From assembly GCA_964016885.1 (NCBI GenBank), contig OZ024742.1, forward strand, positions 265,670,001 to 265,734,000: 64,000 bases of DNA. Reading direction: 5' to 3'. Below, piece by piece: positions 1 to 13,849 of the stretch. The notes below the pieces were generated by a model. It was given only the letters and a program-made list of their open reading frames with translations, did not search any database and was not told the DNA's origin. Both the position numbers and the translations under genes were made by a program. Position 1 is the stretch's first letter. Each line of letters begins with the position of its first letter. This DNA is from Eledone cirrhosa (lineage: Eukaryota).

Positions 1-95
1 TAACCTCGGCGGGATTTGAGCTCAAATCATAAAGAGCCGTAACTCTATGCTGCAAAGCATGGCGTCCGACCCTCTACCGATACTGCCAATCCACC
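1..95 (-). mobile_element. tRNA-derived SINE family 1, 5' part
   Basis: Reverse complement of the recurring head with A-box-like TGGCAGTATCGG and B-box-like GAGCTCAAATCC; matches the full copy at 21757-21945. Confidence 0.8.
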
Positions 96-564
96 TTTTC
101 GGGGGAGAGAAATATAATGAACATAGCCAAGTGTCGCCAAATATCGTGAGAGGTAATAAAATTGACAGAAATCAATAACCCGGCAAAAAGCAGGTTAACA
201 GGAGTGATGATTGTTTCACAAATGTAGCATGTTACATTTTCACACTAGTGTTGGTGAGCTACACTGTAAACGCTCCCAATAAACTCTGTAAAATAGTTAA
301 TGAAAGGAAAGACGTCCAACCATTGAAAACCAGCCAAACAAGCGATCAGCAGGAGTTTTCGGCTGTCAAATACATGTCAAACTTGTGGTGCTCCCAAATA
401 AAATGCACTCGGTAGAACGCAGGAACGTATATAAGAAAAAGGTAGAAGTGAAATGAAGCACGATCCTCCACCGGTCCAACAGAAAAGTCAGTAGTTCCAC
501 TTGAGTACCGACCCACTATGTGAAGATCCGTCTTATCATTGCCAGCAGGAAACACAGACGTTAA

Positions 565-700
565 ATAATTGTTTCTACTTTTGGCACAAGGCCAGCAATT
601 ACCTAGTGTATTACTGGTACTTTATTTTATCGACCCAGTAAGGATGAAAGGCAAAGTTAACCTCGGCGGGATTTGAACTCAGATCATAAAGGGACGTAAC
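565..700 (-). mobile_element. SINE family 1, 3' two-thirds
   Basis: Contains B box (rc GAGTTCAAATCC), central GCCTTTCATCCT..GGGTCGATAAAATAAAGTACCAG domain and GTAGAAACAATTATT tail. Confidence 0.85.
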
Positions 701-2525
701 ACAGACGTTAAATAATGATGACGATGAAGATGCATATATTCACTAGGAATGTTTTAAGATGTGATTATATCTCAGCTATATTAGTAGCCGTATGAGAATG
801 CCGACATTAGATTTAAATAGATTAAATAAATAACGTTATAATTCAATACACCTGCATTTGGTTAAAACGATTCACAACATCGATCAGTCACAAACACTAC
901 ACATATAGATTTAAGAAAGCAACCATTTAAGAAAAAAGGAAATAATAGAAACTGAGAAATGGGATATACATACACACACACGCACTCCCACACGCGTGCA
1001 CACACACATACACACACACACTGAGACACAGACAGTCACACACACACACACACACACACACATGTATGTATATATATACCCTTCGACATTAAGAAAAAAA
1101 GAAAGCGTGAAAAGTAAGATGCTGCTTCATGCAAAAGCTATAAGCATTTGGTCTTTATGTTCTTATAATAAAGATATATTATGCAGTCTCTCTCTCTCTC
1201 CCTCTCCCTCTTTCCATATATATATTTTTCAGATTTTTCCGATCTTCTCCGATTTTTCCTAATTACCTTTGTCTCTATTTTGATTTCCTTCCCCTTTGCA
1301 TTATCTTGTTTCCCTCCCTTTGCTTTCCACCTTTTTATTGTTTCCTTCCGGGGTTTTTTTACACCCCGTCCCCACCATGCCTGACCTGAAATCTTTCCTC
1401 CACCATGCCTGACCTGAAATCTTTCCTCCACCAACTCCACACCCACCTCAAATACTTCCTCCCCCCTCTCCTCCCGCCCTGCTACCTCCAACCCACCCAC
1501 CAACTCTACTACCTCCTCTTCGTTAAGACATGGCATTCCAACCACATCCAATTCCTCAACCGCTGCCTCCATCTCCACTTCATCCCACACAGATTCTAAC
1601 TCCACTTCCACACATCCACCCCCTCACTTCACACTCAACCCAACACAATCTTACCCGCTCCTCTCGTCGCCTCATGTGCACCTCACTTCGCTCCTCCCTC
1701 TCTACCATCCTCAATCTCGACTGCAACTCACCCAAACTCTCCTTCGCCTGTCACCCCTCCACGCCCACTCCATCATTCTCTTCATCCATGACCTCAACCA
1801 CGATCTCTTCTCCTTCCTTACCTCCACCACACCCCAGAAACTCAACTCACTCCTTCCCCAACCTCCACCACCTATCACCCACCCACCTCTGAGACCCCTC
1901 CATCTCCACCTAACTCCTCACGCCCTTCTCCCCACACCACCACCACCCAACCAACCACACCTTCCACTCTCCACTTGATGTCACCACACGCCTAACCTCC
2001 TCCACTCTGAACCTGAACGCTCACTCCTTAGTATAAGACTGCGCTTCATACCCCACACCCCGTACATCGATCAGTTCTGCATTCGGGCGGACGTTTAGCG
2101 ATTCGTACGACGCACCAAGCTACAGGCGCACTTTCATAACACTCCACCGACTTCGGACACCCCAAACTGCTTCCTCACCCTAGTCCGACCACCATCATAT
2201 TGGATGCCGGCACCCGGACAGTTCAGCACACTGGACGCCTTCGTTGATGCCTGCTGTAGCACAATAAACCGCTTCGACTTCCGCAACCGCTCCAAACTGA
2301 GTAACAACACTCGGGCTGAACTCCTGGCTCTCCGCTCCCTCCGTAACCGTGATGACATCATCATCAAACCAGCGTACAATGGAGGCGCTGTCGTGGTGTT
2401 GCGCGCTGACCTCTAGATGGCTGAGGCTCTCAAGCACCCTTTTTTACCACCCCTACCCGGTGACCCAACCTCCACTACAAGCAACAAGTTTCTTCCACCA
2501 TCCAACACCTCGCCTCCCACCTCAT

Positions 2526-2596
2526 CGTCTGCACGGGATGCCGTCTGCACGGGACGCTGTCTGCACGGGACGCTGTCTGCACGAGACGCCGTCTGG
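2526..2596 (+). repeat. 16-bp tandem repeat (about 4 copies) at the PLE deletion junction
   Basis: YGTCTGCACGGGACGC units read directly. Confidence 0.85.
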
Positions 2597-3654
2597 CCGA
2601 CCGGCTCGCCGAGCACCTCCACGACAACCGCCTCGGCTCGTGTTCCCTTTCACCCAACACTTCTGCTCAGTCGGGACACACTCTTCGCAATTTAACCGTC
2701 TGCGGTCTGATTGCGTGCCCTGGCACGCCCGATGCCCAGCTTAGGGCTGAACAACGCACCATCTTCCAATTACAGACATGCACTCCCCACCCCTCTTCCT
2801 TTAGCCCCAACTGACTTCCTCATACCGTCCCTTCCCCCTACTATCACCACTAACCTATACCCACACACATCCAAACCTCGCCACCCCACTAAAAACCCAC
2901 TACCAGCTTTTCCTTCAAACTTACCACCCTTCACAAAAACACACACGCACTTACACCGTAAACACAGACAAACGCGAAACAGTATATACACTCACACCGA
3001 CTTTAACTCTTTACATATCCGCTACGCCTTCTACACACGCAACTATGTATTGCACACGAACCCACACCACGCATCCTCTTCTTTTAACCACACAAACACA
3101 CACACGCACTTGCACATCTACACATATACCCACACAGCCTCCGGATTTGACACGATCTTATCTCACCCCATCTTTCCCCCTCCATCCACACACACACAAC
3201 TACACCCATGCAAGGATTATTCACGCACAGACATACCCTCCACCTCTCAACCCTAATACACAATGGTTTTCCAAAACCCACATTCACTAACACTCGCTTC
3301 CTCCCAGACTCTCACACTTACATCCACACAGACACACAGACTTACATCTACACATACACAAACATCTTACCTTCCCCCATCCCAGCTCGGACTCTAATTT
3401 TCAGGTTTTCCCTCCCCCTCTCCTCCACCCAAACCTTACGCACTAATACACCCTTTCCATCCCGGACGCGAGCACCTCTCCCACCTCCTTCACTTCATAT
3501 TTTTTAAATTGTGTTTTTTTTTAAATATATATATTCCTTTCTGTTTCTATTCACTTTGATTTTCATGTTTATTTTTATTCTTATTTTTCCTGTCCTTTCA
3601 TTTTTTGCCTATTAACTCCCCACCTCACTGCCTATCGGAGTTCCTCCCAACCTC

Positions 3655-3678
3655 CTGATGAAGGACTTATGTCCGAAA
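3655..3678 (+). ncRNA. Hammerhead core remnant in PLE 3' region
   Basis: CTGATGA-A-GGAC-TTAT-GTCC-GAAA; stems I and III cannot be completed. Confidence 0.5.
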
Positions 3679-3765
3679 TGTCTTAACCTCCCCACTCTCA
3701 CCAAACGTGAAACTAATAACACTATGTACTATTGACTCCTGCGTTTGTTTGTTTATTTGTCCTTT

Positions 3766-3814
<49 letters not shown>

Positions 3815-4099
3815 TATATATGTGTATGTGCGTGTGTGTATCCGATCCAAAAGAGACGATCAAATAGAGAAAGCACGTCGTAAATTATATTAATACATTA
3901 TAATACAATATTGTATCCGTTGTTGGTGTAGGAATATAGAATTATTTAGAAATGAAATAATTGATAGTTTTAGGAAGTCTTAAACTCACACAATTATGTT
4001 TGTAAAATACTGCAATGTTCGGTGGCAGATGTTGGCAGGAGAGGGGATGTGGGTCATCTGGTGTAAGTGATCTAACCACATATAATGATCGCGTTATAC

Positions 4100-4325
4100 T
4101 TACTGCTGCTGCTGTTGTTGGTGGTGGTAGTAATGACGAATTTGATGGTGATGGTGATGATGAGGATGATGGTGATGAAGAAGAGGAGGAGAAAGATGAT
4201 GACGATGGTGGTGGTGATGGTGGCTATGATGGTGGGGCTGGAGGTGGTGGTGGTGATGGTCATGCGGTTCGTGGAGGTGGTAGACGTCATAACGTTGTGG
4301 TGATCCTGGTGGTGATGATATTGCA
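4100..4325. repeat. Low-complexity (GAT/GGT/GCT)n trinucleotide tract
   Basis: Direct reading. Confidence 0.9.
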
Positions 4326-4683
4326 GATGTATTACTGATAATAATATTTCAAGAAATGATACCTTTATGAACCACAAGTAGTGGAACATTCAATATGATT
4401 CCCCCTCCTCTTCATCTAGTACAGGCAAAAGAATTATTTAAGGAAATATTTACCAAAAGTTTAATGATTTGATCCTCCACCTCCATCTATGGTCACTGGT
4501 CCGGGTCCTCTTGTGAGACAATGAATCTACACCTGGAAACTTCTTCCTCGAGATGCACATCTTCTCTCAGCATGTCACTGATATTGTCTAAATTAAAGAC
4601 TAATGTCAATGTAGTTCACCATCAGTAACGTAGCAGACAAAAAAAAAACAATGCTATAAATCATTTTGTCATGTACTTTAGCA

Positions 4684-5001
4684 CAGGGGCGTGCAACAGG
4701 TGGCCGCGGGCCATAATCCGGTCCGCCAGACCAGTTAGAGTGGCCCGCGATTACCGTCTTTAATTTTTACCTTGTAGGCTTATTTAGAATTTTTTTCGTA
4801 ACCGTTATATAATTTTCTGTTAGTTGACCTCTACTAAAGGGCTTCACTGATAGGGTTATGTGTGTTATAATTTCCCAGTTCCATGTCATGGAAAGAAGTT
4901 GTGATGAATCTTTGGAATATTGCTTAATAAATATTAATGGCCCTAACAGTTGTTCCAATGTTCAAAAGTGGCTCGCCAATGGAATATGTTACACACTCCT
5001 G
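4684..5001. mobile_element. hAT-type MITE
   Basis: Imperfect TIRs CAGGGGCGTGCAAC / GTTACACACTCCTG; perfect 8-bp TSD CTTTAGCA at 4676-4683 and 5002-5009. Confidence 0.85.
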
Positions 5002-5454
5002 CTTTAGCAATTCCGCCAACCCACCACGCTAAACAGGTACATATTGTTCGACTATCTTAGTCAGCAGTATTGTGACATTGTCGACCATTCTAGTGACCTC
5101 TGTCAGAAAGATATTGTATTGATATGTACCTCAGCGTGAAAATATATTTGTCTCCATATGTGATCAATGTTTGTCTGGATTTGTGAAACACAATGTGTGA
5201 GTGGGGGTTTCTATGTGTGTGTTTGTATAGGGGGGGGGGGTGAAGTTTAAGATCATACTGATCCAAGGATAAATGTTGGATATATTGATTTATTCTTTTT
5301 ACCAACGTTTCATTAATTGCAGGAATATTATATGAAGCTAGTAATGCTCGACAACGTTACTTTCATTCAATTTATTGGACTTTACCCTATGGATTATACC
5401 TCGGATGTATATGCTCTTTTAATTTAATTGCTAACTGTACAAACACACACACAC

Positions 5455-5584
<130 letters not shown>

Positions 5585-5989
5585 GGTGTGGGATGCTTAA
5601 AGCGTCCGTAAGCGGTAAGCCGTTTGAGCACTCGATGATCTTACAGAGCAGAGTATGATATCATATAAGAAACGGAGAATCAGTGCTGCGACGAATATAA
5701 AATTTATTAGACATATTACAATCGTTTCTCTGGCGACCAGCTCGAGGCACGATCGATGTAATGATAGAACCTGACTTTGAAATCGCAAGGTCCTCAGATA
5801 CGTCTCGATTCTTCGAAGCAGAGTTTCCAAATGTCCAGTTACACCCGCGGCCCTCACTCGGCAGGTTAGATCCTGTTGTTGTCATTTTATGAGTGGTCAA
5901 GAATTGTACACGTCATCGGTATTTTTGGCCACTCATGGCCGTCCTATATTTGGTTCCTTTCATTCGCCACCTGTCAATCAAAGTTGTTT

Positions 5990-6280
5990 CTTAAATCGGA
6001 ATTACTACTGTAGATAGGATCCTGCCAACGCTTATGAATAGAAATAGAATTAGCCTATGGACTTCCACTAAGGAGGTAATCGACTGGTTCACAGCGCTGC
6101 CTACCAAACAGCAAGTGGACTTCGTTCAGCTGGACATAGCCAATTACTACGCTTCCATCTCACCAGTAATTGGGAACAAGGCCCTCATGAGCGCTATGGC
6201 CAGGTCCAACCTATCTAGAGGAGCAGTGGACATCATTATAGCTGCTAGAACTTTTTTCTTAAATCGGAATTACTACTATA
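5990..6280 (+). pseudogene. PLE RT fragment (motif A region)
   Basis: LWTSTKEVIDWF..FVQLDIANYYASIS..IIIAARTF, homologous to the 11.9 kb and 32.7 kb copies. Confidence 0.8.
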
Positions 6281-6299
6281 GGAGGCAAGGGGTTGTATG

Positions 6300-8600
6300 A
6301 TTGAACCGCTCGCGTCCTGTCGCCGCCCTCTCAACCTGTAGGCGTCCTCACACACGTCTATGTTTCGCGCTGGCGTGATACATATGGGCATTTATACACC
6401 CACAACGATCACGTACACACCCGCAACTGTATTATATGCGACAACCACAGTAGATATTGAATGTGCAGCGAATACTTAGAAAGAATTTAAAAAAAAATTG
6501 AAAAACATTTAACAGAACGTTTCAGAAAACACAGCCTCAAAATACCTTAAAAACCACACATTTCAAAAAGAAAAACCCTGTAAAAAGAAAGTTTTTAAAA
6601 GAATGCTTGAAATAGCCTTTCAAGAAAGTTAATTCAAAGGTATTTTTGATAAATATACACATATCTACACACACACACTGTACTCAGGAAAGCGTATATA
6701 GTTAAGACGGTGCACATATATACAGATGAAAAAATGGAAGATCTACACATACATATGCATACACTTACACAGACATGTTCATACAAATACATCCACCCAC
6801 ACATGCATACACATGCATGTATGCATATGTGCGTGGACACACATACATACATGTACCCGCGCATGGACATGCTTATATATCTAAAAAAAAAAGCACATAC
6901 TTGATGAATACCTACACATCCAAACACACACGCAACTGTGCACATGGCGCATAAAATATGATGTGAGACAACATTCTTGAAGCTTGGACCCAACCCATTC
7001 ATGTGGAGATATAAGCCTCAAAGTGCACGCACAATATGCATAAATGTAATAGCTACGTAGTAGCCATGCCCTAATCACAGATAACATGGGTGGCACCTAT
7101 ATATAAATGCGTGTACGTACATAAAATAAAATTAAATAAATTAAATAAAATACTGAAAAAAGGAAAGTATGCATAACGAAGATGCAGAGTGGGTATCTGT
7201 TCACGCCACCCAGACATTATTAGGATGTGCATAAAGTTGCATAAAAATACTTGAGGACTGGTGCGTAGAGTTATATAAGATACAGAGGGACTGACGATCC
7301 AAGGGACTGGGTAAGAGCGTGCACATCAACCATGCACATGAGACAGATTTCATGACTGGTGGACACAGGGGACCGTGTGTACATACACAAACAAGTTAAA
7401 TATATTGTGAATGTGTAGAATATCCTTTTCATAATAGTATATATATGAAATGTACATGGAATGGATGCATACATGGAATATATCGGGAATGTATAGAAAA
7501 TGTGTTTCATAACAGTATATATGAAATGTACATGGAATGGATGCATAAGTGGAATATACCAGCGGCTTGTGTTGCAGGCATGTATATAGCAACGACATGC
7601 AAAGTTAGAATTAACTGCAACATTAACCTTAAGACCAGCAACAAGTCTAACATCAAAGTTGCAAATTAAACATCACGAATCGAAAATTAAAAGTTAAAAA
7701 TCAAAAATTCAAATTCAAATTCAGAACCACACATAAGGTTATAGACAAAATCAGACTTATATCGAGTCGGCGTCCCCAAGTTGGTGGGATGGTGTTATCC
7801 AAGGCACGTTACGAGGTAGGTATCGTTGATATCAGCTTGTTCCGCCTTGCATTCATAGGCATACTGCGGCGTATCGTGGTCCGCTGCATGCGCCCCACCT
7901 GGCATTGTCATACCGGTAGTGCCTTAGATAGACCCATCTGGTATCACTAAAGCGGAGAGCGTGCATTTACGTTGGTGTCTGCAGGCCATGATGATTTCAG
8001 ATTTGAGGTTGACTGCGTCGATTTCAGATTTTAGGTTGACTGCGTCGCCCTTTAGTTTTACTATCTCCATAGCCTCGGACAAGCACAACTTGCACCTCAT
8101 CTCGCCAGACGAGTACGGATTCGTGCGCTGGACAATACTCCAGCTGAGGTCAAACTCTGTGCCACTGTCTTTGAGTCCCCATATTAATCCGCCAGTCTTG
8201 TGGAGTGTCTCTTGTTCCTGTCTTTGAACGAGTCTTGTGGTTGTACATCCTCGATTTAAAAGTTGTGGATGTTGCCCCGATGTAGGTGTGCCTATCATTG
8301 TGCGTGGTAACCACACATCTGTAGACAACGCTCCTTGTCAGGAACATTCCCTGCAGAGGGCCCTCCTCTCCTACACGACAGTTACATGTCCGTGCATCAT
8401 TTTTGTCATTCCCTTTATGTGGGACTGACGTCTTATTTGGGTTCTCCCCGGTTCTCATGTGGTGTTCCGGCAGAGTAGTGGACTCAGTGTTCACCACCTG
8501 CTGGTCTCTATTGTCAGGTGTTGCGTCCTCCACGTCCGCAGCTCCTCCCCCGGGCACATCTCCAGAACCACTAGCCACTTCTCCATGTGCTCCACTCAGC
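6300..8600 (-). mobile_element. 5'-truncated PLE: Cys linker, GIY-YIG endonuclease (7924-8450) and long 3' UTR
   Basis: CNCRVGEEGPLQG..VVYRC..YIGATSTTFKSRMYNH (ORF 8150-8578); WGLKD..WSIV..CKLCLSE (ORF 7924-8328); UTR extent inferred. Confidence 0.8.
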
Positions 8601-8611
8601 CCCCCCCCCCG

Positions 8612-9839
8612 CTCCTCAACGTTTCGTTGAGGCTTTCCCGTCTATCTACTAATGAGGATATTTTCAACCAACGACCATTCCACTTATTACAATGGAGCTC
8701 TTGCTCGAAGTGGATTTGTCGATAAGGTAGCATATACAGAGTACGAAAATAGACCTAGAAGAAATAGATCCCGTCGCATTTGTTGGTATAACCCACCATA
8801 TAATATGGAGGTGGCCACACTATTAGCTAAGATCTTTCTATCCCTTATTACGAAGCATTTTCCCCCTACACATAAATATAGTAACATTTGTAATAAAAAT
8901 ACTATTAAAATTTCTTACTCTACGACTCCTAACCTTGCACATAACATCACAGCTTCAAATTTAGCTAAACTACCTAGCCGTAGGACGCGTGCAACCCTGT
9001 AGTTAGTACTAACTGTAATTGTAGGAATCGGGTTGATTGCCCCCTATCCAGGAAATGCCTCTCTAGTAACATTGTCTACAAATGTAAGGTTGAAACAGCT
9101 ACGCCCCGTAGGGCCTACATAGGGTTAACCGCCAATAGATTCAAGCAGCGTCTTTACATGCATACCCATTATTTTTGTTACCCTCTAAGAAGGAATATGA
9201 CGTCACTTTCAGCTTATATCTGGAGTCTAAAAGACAACCACACCGAATATAAGTTACACTGGGAGATCCTAGCTAGGGCTAGATCGTATAACGGAAATAA
9301 AATACCATGTGACAGCTGAGGCCCTGGAAATGCTCTACGCCACAGACCACATCTTAAACAAAAAATCTAAGGCAATTTCGGCTTGTAAACATAAATTGCA
9401 CAAAACTTTCCTGTATTACAGCCCCACATTATACCCTAACGGATAGTACGATCTATACGTGGATATTTTACGTCTTGATGTGGTAGCTAAGTATATGTTA
9501 TGTTTATACCATTACTTATTTGCATAGGTAAGTATATATTACCTGTATGTTTTGTGAAGGTACGTATACTTTCTTGTACGTATATTTGATTGTATATGTT
9601 ATGGCGTATAATTTTATATATTCTGGTACATATGGTTTGGTTATGTGTATACGGGAGTTTTGCGTCTGTGTGAGTATGCGGGTTCGTACGTATGTAGGGT
9701 GTGTGTATATGTGTACTTCATGTTTTGGTTGACGTGCTTCGAACATTTGTGTATTTACATGTAGGTATGTGTGTGTGCGCTTGTTATATACGTATTTATT
9801 TATTTATATACGTTTATTTAATTATTTATTTATTTGTAT

Positions 9840-9870
<31 letters not shown>

Positions 9871-10462
9871 TATTTATATGTGCGTGGTTTTGTATGCCTA
9901 TGGCAAGTGTTTTCGCGTATGCTTGTGTATGTACGTATTTGTATGCGTGTATGCATTTATTTAATTTCTATTATCTCTGTATTTTATTTACTTTATTCTT
10001 AACTCTGAAGCGGAGATTCATTCGGTTTCCTAGGTAGAATTTTAGTCTACGACTTCAGCTATACCATTTACGTGGTTTTGTCTTTGCGTGCAATTGTTCT
10101 CCACGCTCCACTTATGACGTATTATCATCGTTTTTTCCGTTTATTGCCAGAGAACGTCTTTATGAACCACCTAAGAGAACATTAGTCTACGACTTCTTTT
10201 ATACCATAAACGTGGTTCTGTCTTTGCGTGTAATTGTTTTTCACCGCTCCTATTAATGACGTATTATATTCGTTTTTTCCCGTTCTTTGCCAGGGAACGT
10301 TTCCACGAACCAAAGTATCGTCTTCCTGTCTTCCTCCGGTTGCAACGTTTTTTGAAATATCCACTTCTGCGTTTACAGATTGACTTTGTTAGTTTCAGAA
10401 GATCCCGTTAAGGGTGAAAGCAGCGATTCTTTGCTTAAACTTTAATCTGTTATTTCTATAAA
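8612..10462 (+). mobile_element. 5'-truncated PLE: RT C-terminus, GIY-YIG (to about 9430) and 3' UTR/pLTR-like repeats
   Basis: RRICWYNPPY..KHFPPTHKY..NKNTIKISYS; CNCRNRVDCPLSRKC..IVYKC..YIGLTANRFKQRLYMH; tail repeat also at 26030-26730. Confidence 0.85.
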
Positions 10463-10515
<53 letters not shown>

Positions 10516-10729
10516 GTTAAGAATGTACATCCACATATGTATACTGAAATACTAGTATGCATATGAATACACACACGTGTACATATGTAGATGTACCAAG
10601 TTTTTCACTGGACACTTTACTGTGAGTGTCCAGCTATTCTGTATGTAAACACACAGACAAACCGGTTTTTAGAGTCATACTGGTTTTCGAGGAAACACCT
10701 TTCCTCTATTCTCCAGAAAGCCAGACAGG

Positions 10730-10774
10730 AATATTGGACTAATTTCGATGTTGTTACATCTCATCAGCAATATT
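10730..10774 (-). ncRNA. Type I hammerhead ribozyme, inverted copy
   Basis: rc: AATATTG-CTGATGA-GATGT aaca ACATC-GAAA-TTAG-TC-CAATATT (C>T in stem III). Confidence 0.8.
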
Positions 10775-11167
10775 TACCTATCTTCCGGCCTTTCTAGAGA
10801 ATCGTAAAAGCACATATCGTTATATGCTTTTTCTATGAAAATTAGTAGTGGGCAGACTAAAGTGTCCAGTGAAAAACTTGGTACATCTACATATGTACAC
10901 GTGTGTGTATTCATATGCATACTAGTATTTCAGTATACATATGTGGATGTACATTCTTAACTTAATTGTTTAAGCGTCAGTCATACAAAAGTGAGTTACA
11001 AACGAAACGAAATTTAATTTCGTTTCGTTATTTGTTTTTATCGTCTCCGCTGAACCGGTACCTACTCACGCTCTATGCAAATTAGTCTGCCCACTACTAA
11101 TTTTCATAGAAAAAGCATATAACGATATGTGCTTTTACGATTCTCTAGAAAGGCCGGAAGATAGGTA

Positions 11168-11212
11168 AATATTGCTGATGAGATGTAACAACATCGAAAC
11201 TAGTCCAATATT
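11168..11212 (+). ncRNA. Minimal type I hammerhead ribozyme
   Basis: AATATTG-CTGATGA-GATGT aaca ACATC-GAAA-CTAG-TC-CAATATT: 7-bp stem I, 5-bp stem II, palindromic CTAG stem III, GUC site. Confidence 0.92.
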
Positions 11213-11510
11213 CCTGTCTGGCTTTCTGGAGAATAGAGGAAAGGTGTTTCCTCGAAAACCAGTATGACTCTAAAAACCGGTTTGTCTGTGTGTTTACATA
11301 CAGAATAGCTGGACACTCACAGTAAAGTGTCCAGTGAAAAACTTGGTACATCTACATATGTACACGTGTGTGTATTCATATGCATACTAGTATTTCATTA
11401 TACATATGTGGATGTACATTCTTAACTTAATTGTTTAAGCGTCAGTCATACAAAAGTGAGTTACAAACGAAACGAAATTTAATTTCGTTTCGTTATTTAG
11501 AGTCATACTG

Positions 11511-11667
<157 letters not shown>

Positions 11668-11699
11668 AGAGAGAGAGAGACAGACAGAGAGAGAGAGAG

Positions 11700-13696
11700 A
11701 TGGACAACAAATTACCTCCTGCCTCGGTGTTGCTGACCGAACTGAAAATCTCGACCCACGGACTCACTGCTTCAACCTGAAGGACCATAAATCCGACTTC
11801 GACCGCAAACCATCCAGCAACTTATAAAGCCGACGAAGTCGGATATAGGGAGAATCAGCAAACAGATCCTAAACCGCGTTATACCAAAAGTTAAGCAAAA
11901 CGCTTTTGTGTCAGCACCCAGGAAGTCATCTCATGGTTCAGGAATATTGAGGACAAACGGGACACCAAATTCATCCAGTTCGACATAGAGAGCTATTACG
12001 CCTCTATTACCTTACCGCTCCTTACGGCCGCTTTGTACTTTGCCAAAACACTTACACCCATCTCTGAACAGGAAAGAAATATCATTTTCCATGCCAGAAA
12101 GACAGTCCTCCTCTTCAACAACTCCAATTGGATAAAGAGAGCTCCCAACTCCCCCTTCGACGTCAGTATGGGCGCGACCGACTCGGCGGAGGTGACCGTC
12201 CTTATAGGATTATTCTTACTACATCAACTCACCGAAATGTTTCCTGCATTCGGCGGTGAATTGTACCGAGGCGATAGGCTCCTTGCTGTCAAAGGGTACA
12301 ACCCCAGTAGAACGGACTGGGTCCGTAAACACCTAATCAACTTCTTCCGGGACTGGGGATTTAAAATCACCCTACAGACTTCCCCGACCCAAGTCAATTT
12401 CCTGGACATTACCCTCAACCTCGAAAATTATCTGTACTACCCATACAGGAAACCAAACGACAACCTACACTACACCCACCGCCTCTCTAACCATCCTAGA
12501 AACATCCCTAATTACCTGGTTAAAAACATCTCCCTCCGCATATTTCGATTGTCCGCTAATGAGCAGATATTCGATGAACATGCGCCTTATTACAATCAGG
12601 CCCTCAAGCGAAGCGGCTTTCGGGAGGAAATCTCCTTTTACCTAGGCTGCCCTACCGGCGCCAGCAGGCGACGCCGCCGCTCACGCGCCATGTAATGTGG
12701 TTCAACCCTCCCCACAATGCCGAGGTTGCAAACCCAATCGAGAAAATCTTCTTTAGACTCCTCGAAAAAACACTTCCCACCACAACACCGCTACCGACAA
12801 CATAATCAACAAAAACACTATCAAACTCTCCTACAGCACCACATCCAACTTGGCACAAAACATCGCCTCCTCAAAGAACAAGAAAACTCAACTCTACGGA
12901 AGAAACAACTTAGACATTAGTGGAGAGCCGACCAGGAGGTGTAACTGCCCTGATATATCTACGTGCCTCCTCAACAACAGATGCAGAGAACGTAACGTGA
13001 TCTACCAATGCAACGTGAGGACGGAAAACTCAAACAAAGCCTATATAGGATTAACCACCTGGGACTTTAAGACACAGCTCTACCAAAACCGACATATGTT
13101 CGGAAACCCGGCCCGGCGACATGCCACTACACTTTCGGGCCACATCTGGGATCTTCAAGATAATAACATCACATACCATCTTACTTGGAGCTTACTTTCC
13201 AGGGCTAACTCCTACACGGGAGGATGCCGTCCGTGTAACTCGGAGGAAACAATACAAATGCTGTTTACGAAGGACCAACTCCTAATTTTAATTTCTTAAT
13301 TTTTTTTAATTTTTTTATTTTATAATTTCTCATTCTCAGATTCCTGTAGAATTCCATTTTCGCCTGGCTTTCTAGCTAGCCTAATTCATCCACAATCCTT
13401 AGAATTTGCTGTATAGAACTTACTTTCAACGCTTGACCGGCTTCACCACTCCCTCATTGTTCTACAGGCAGGTTCAGCCACACCCATCCCCTACCCACCG
13501 CCATGAAGATTTAACTGTGTTTACAGAAATTTTGACCAATCCTTTTGACAACTACAGAAATGCATGATTATCGCTTGCCCATATGGAATTACCCCTTGAA
13601 AAGTTCGGCTATTTATTACCACGCTAAAAACCTAATTTATTCCAGAAATAGCCGTCGAAACTGCTTGCACTCTGCCGTCGGGGTCCAGAACCTTTT

Positions 13697-13700
<4 letters not shown>
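11700..13700 (+). mobile_element. Decayed PLE (RT, GIY-YIG, HHR-bearing 3' end)
   Basis: FIQFDIESYYASI; FDVSMGATDSAEV; LYRGD (decayed YRDD); VNFLDITLNL..PYRKPN; WFNPP; CNC..C..VIYQC..YIGLT; stops and frameshifts. Confidence 0.9.
13591..13684 (+). ncRNA. Type I hammerhead with U3-A8 core variant
   Basis: ACCCC-TTGAAAA-GTTCGGCTATTT..AAATAGCCGTC-GAAA-CTGC ttgcactct GCCG-TC-GGGGT; sister copies show perfect CGGC/GCCG stem III. Confidence 0.7.
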
Positions 13701-13734
<34 letters not shown>

Positions 13735-13736
<2 letters not shown>

Positions 13737-13820
13737 GAAAAAGTATGACCCCGACGGCAGAGCTCAAGCCGTTTCGACGGCTATTTCTGGACTAAATTAG
13801 AATTTTTTAGCCTGGTGAAC
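13735..13820 (-). repeat. Inverted partial pLTR copy (3' half of HHR)
   Basis: Reverse complement of about 13618-13700 across a (TA)n tract. Confidence 0.8.
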
Positions 13821-13849
13821 ATATATATATATATATATATATATATCTA

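Larger units (their letters stand above)
1372..3760 (+). mobile_element. Internally deleted Penelope-like element (N-terminus and RT start fused to GIY-YIG C-terminus)
   Basis: HIQFLNRCLHLHFIP (ORF 1405); LRFIPHTPYIDQF..RFVRRTKLQAHF; AELLALRSLRNRDDIIIKPAYNGGAVVV (PLE KPADKGG motif); then TRRRLADRLAEHL..GHTLRNLTVCGL..EQRTIFQLQT (EN C-terminus); HHR core near 3' end; ends at (TA)n. Confidence 0.8.

Noticed and set aside
4430-4600. Possible minus-strand host exon
   Set aside because: Short open frame, no recognisable protein and no partner exons
10388-10435. HHR-like CAGAAGA-TCCC..GGGT-GAAA (also at 26670 and 23285)
   Set aside because: U4 is missing in all copies and stems I and III cannot be formed
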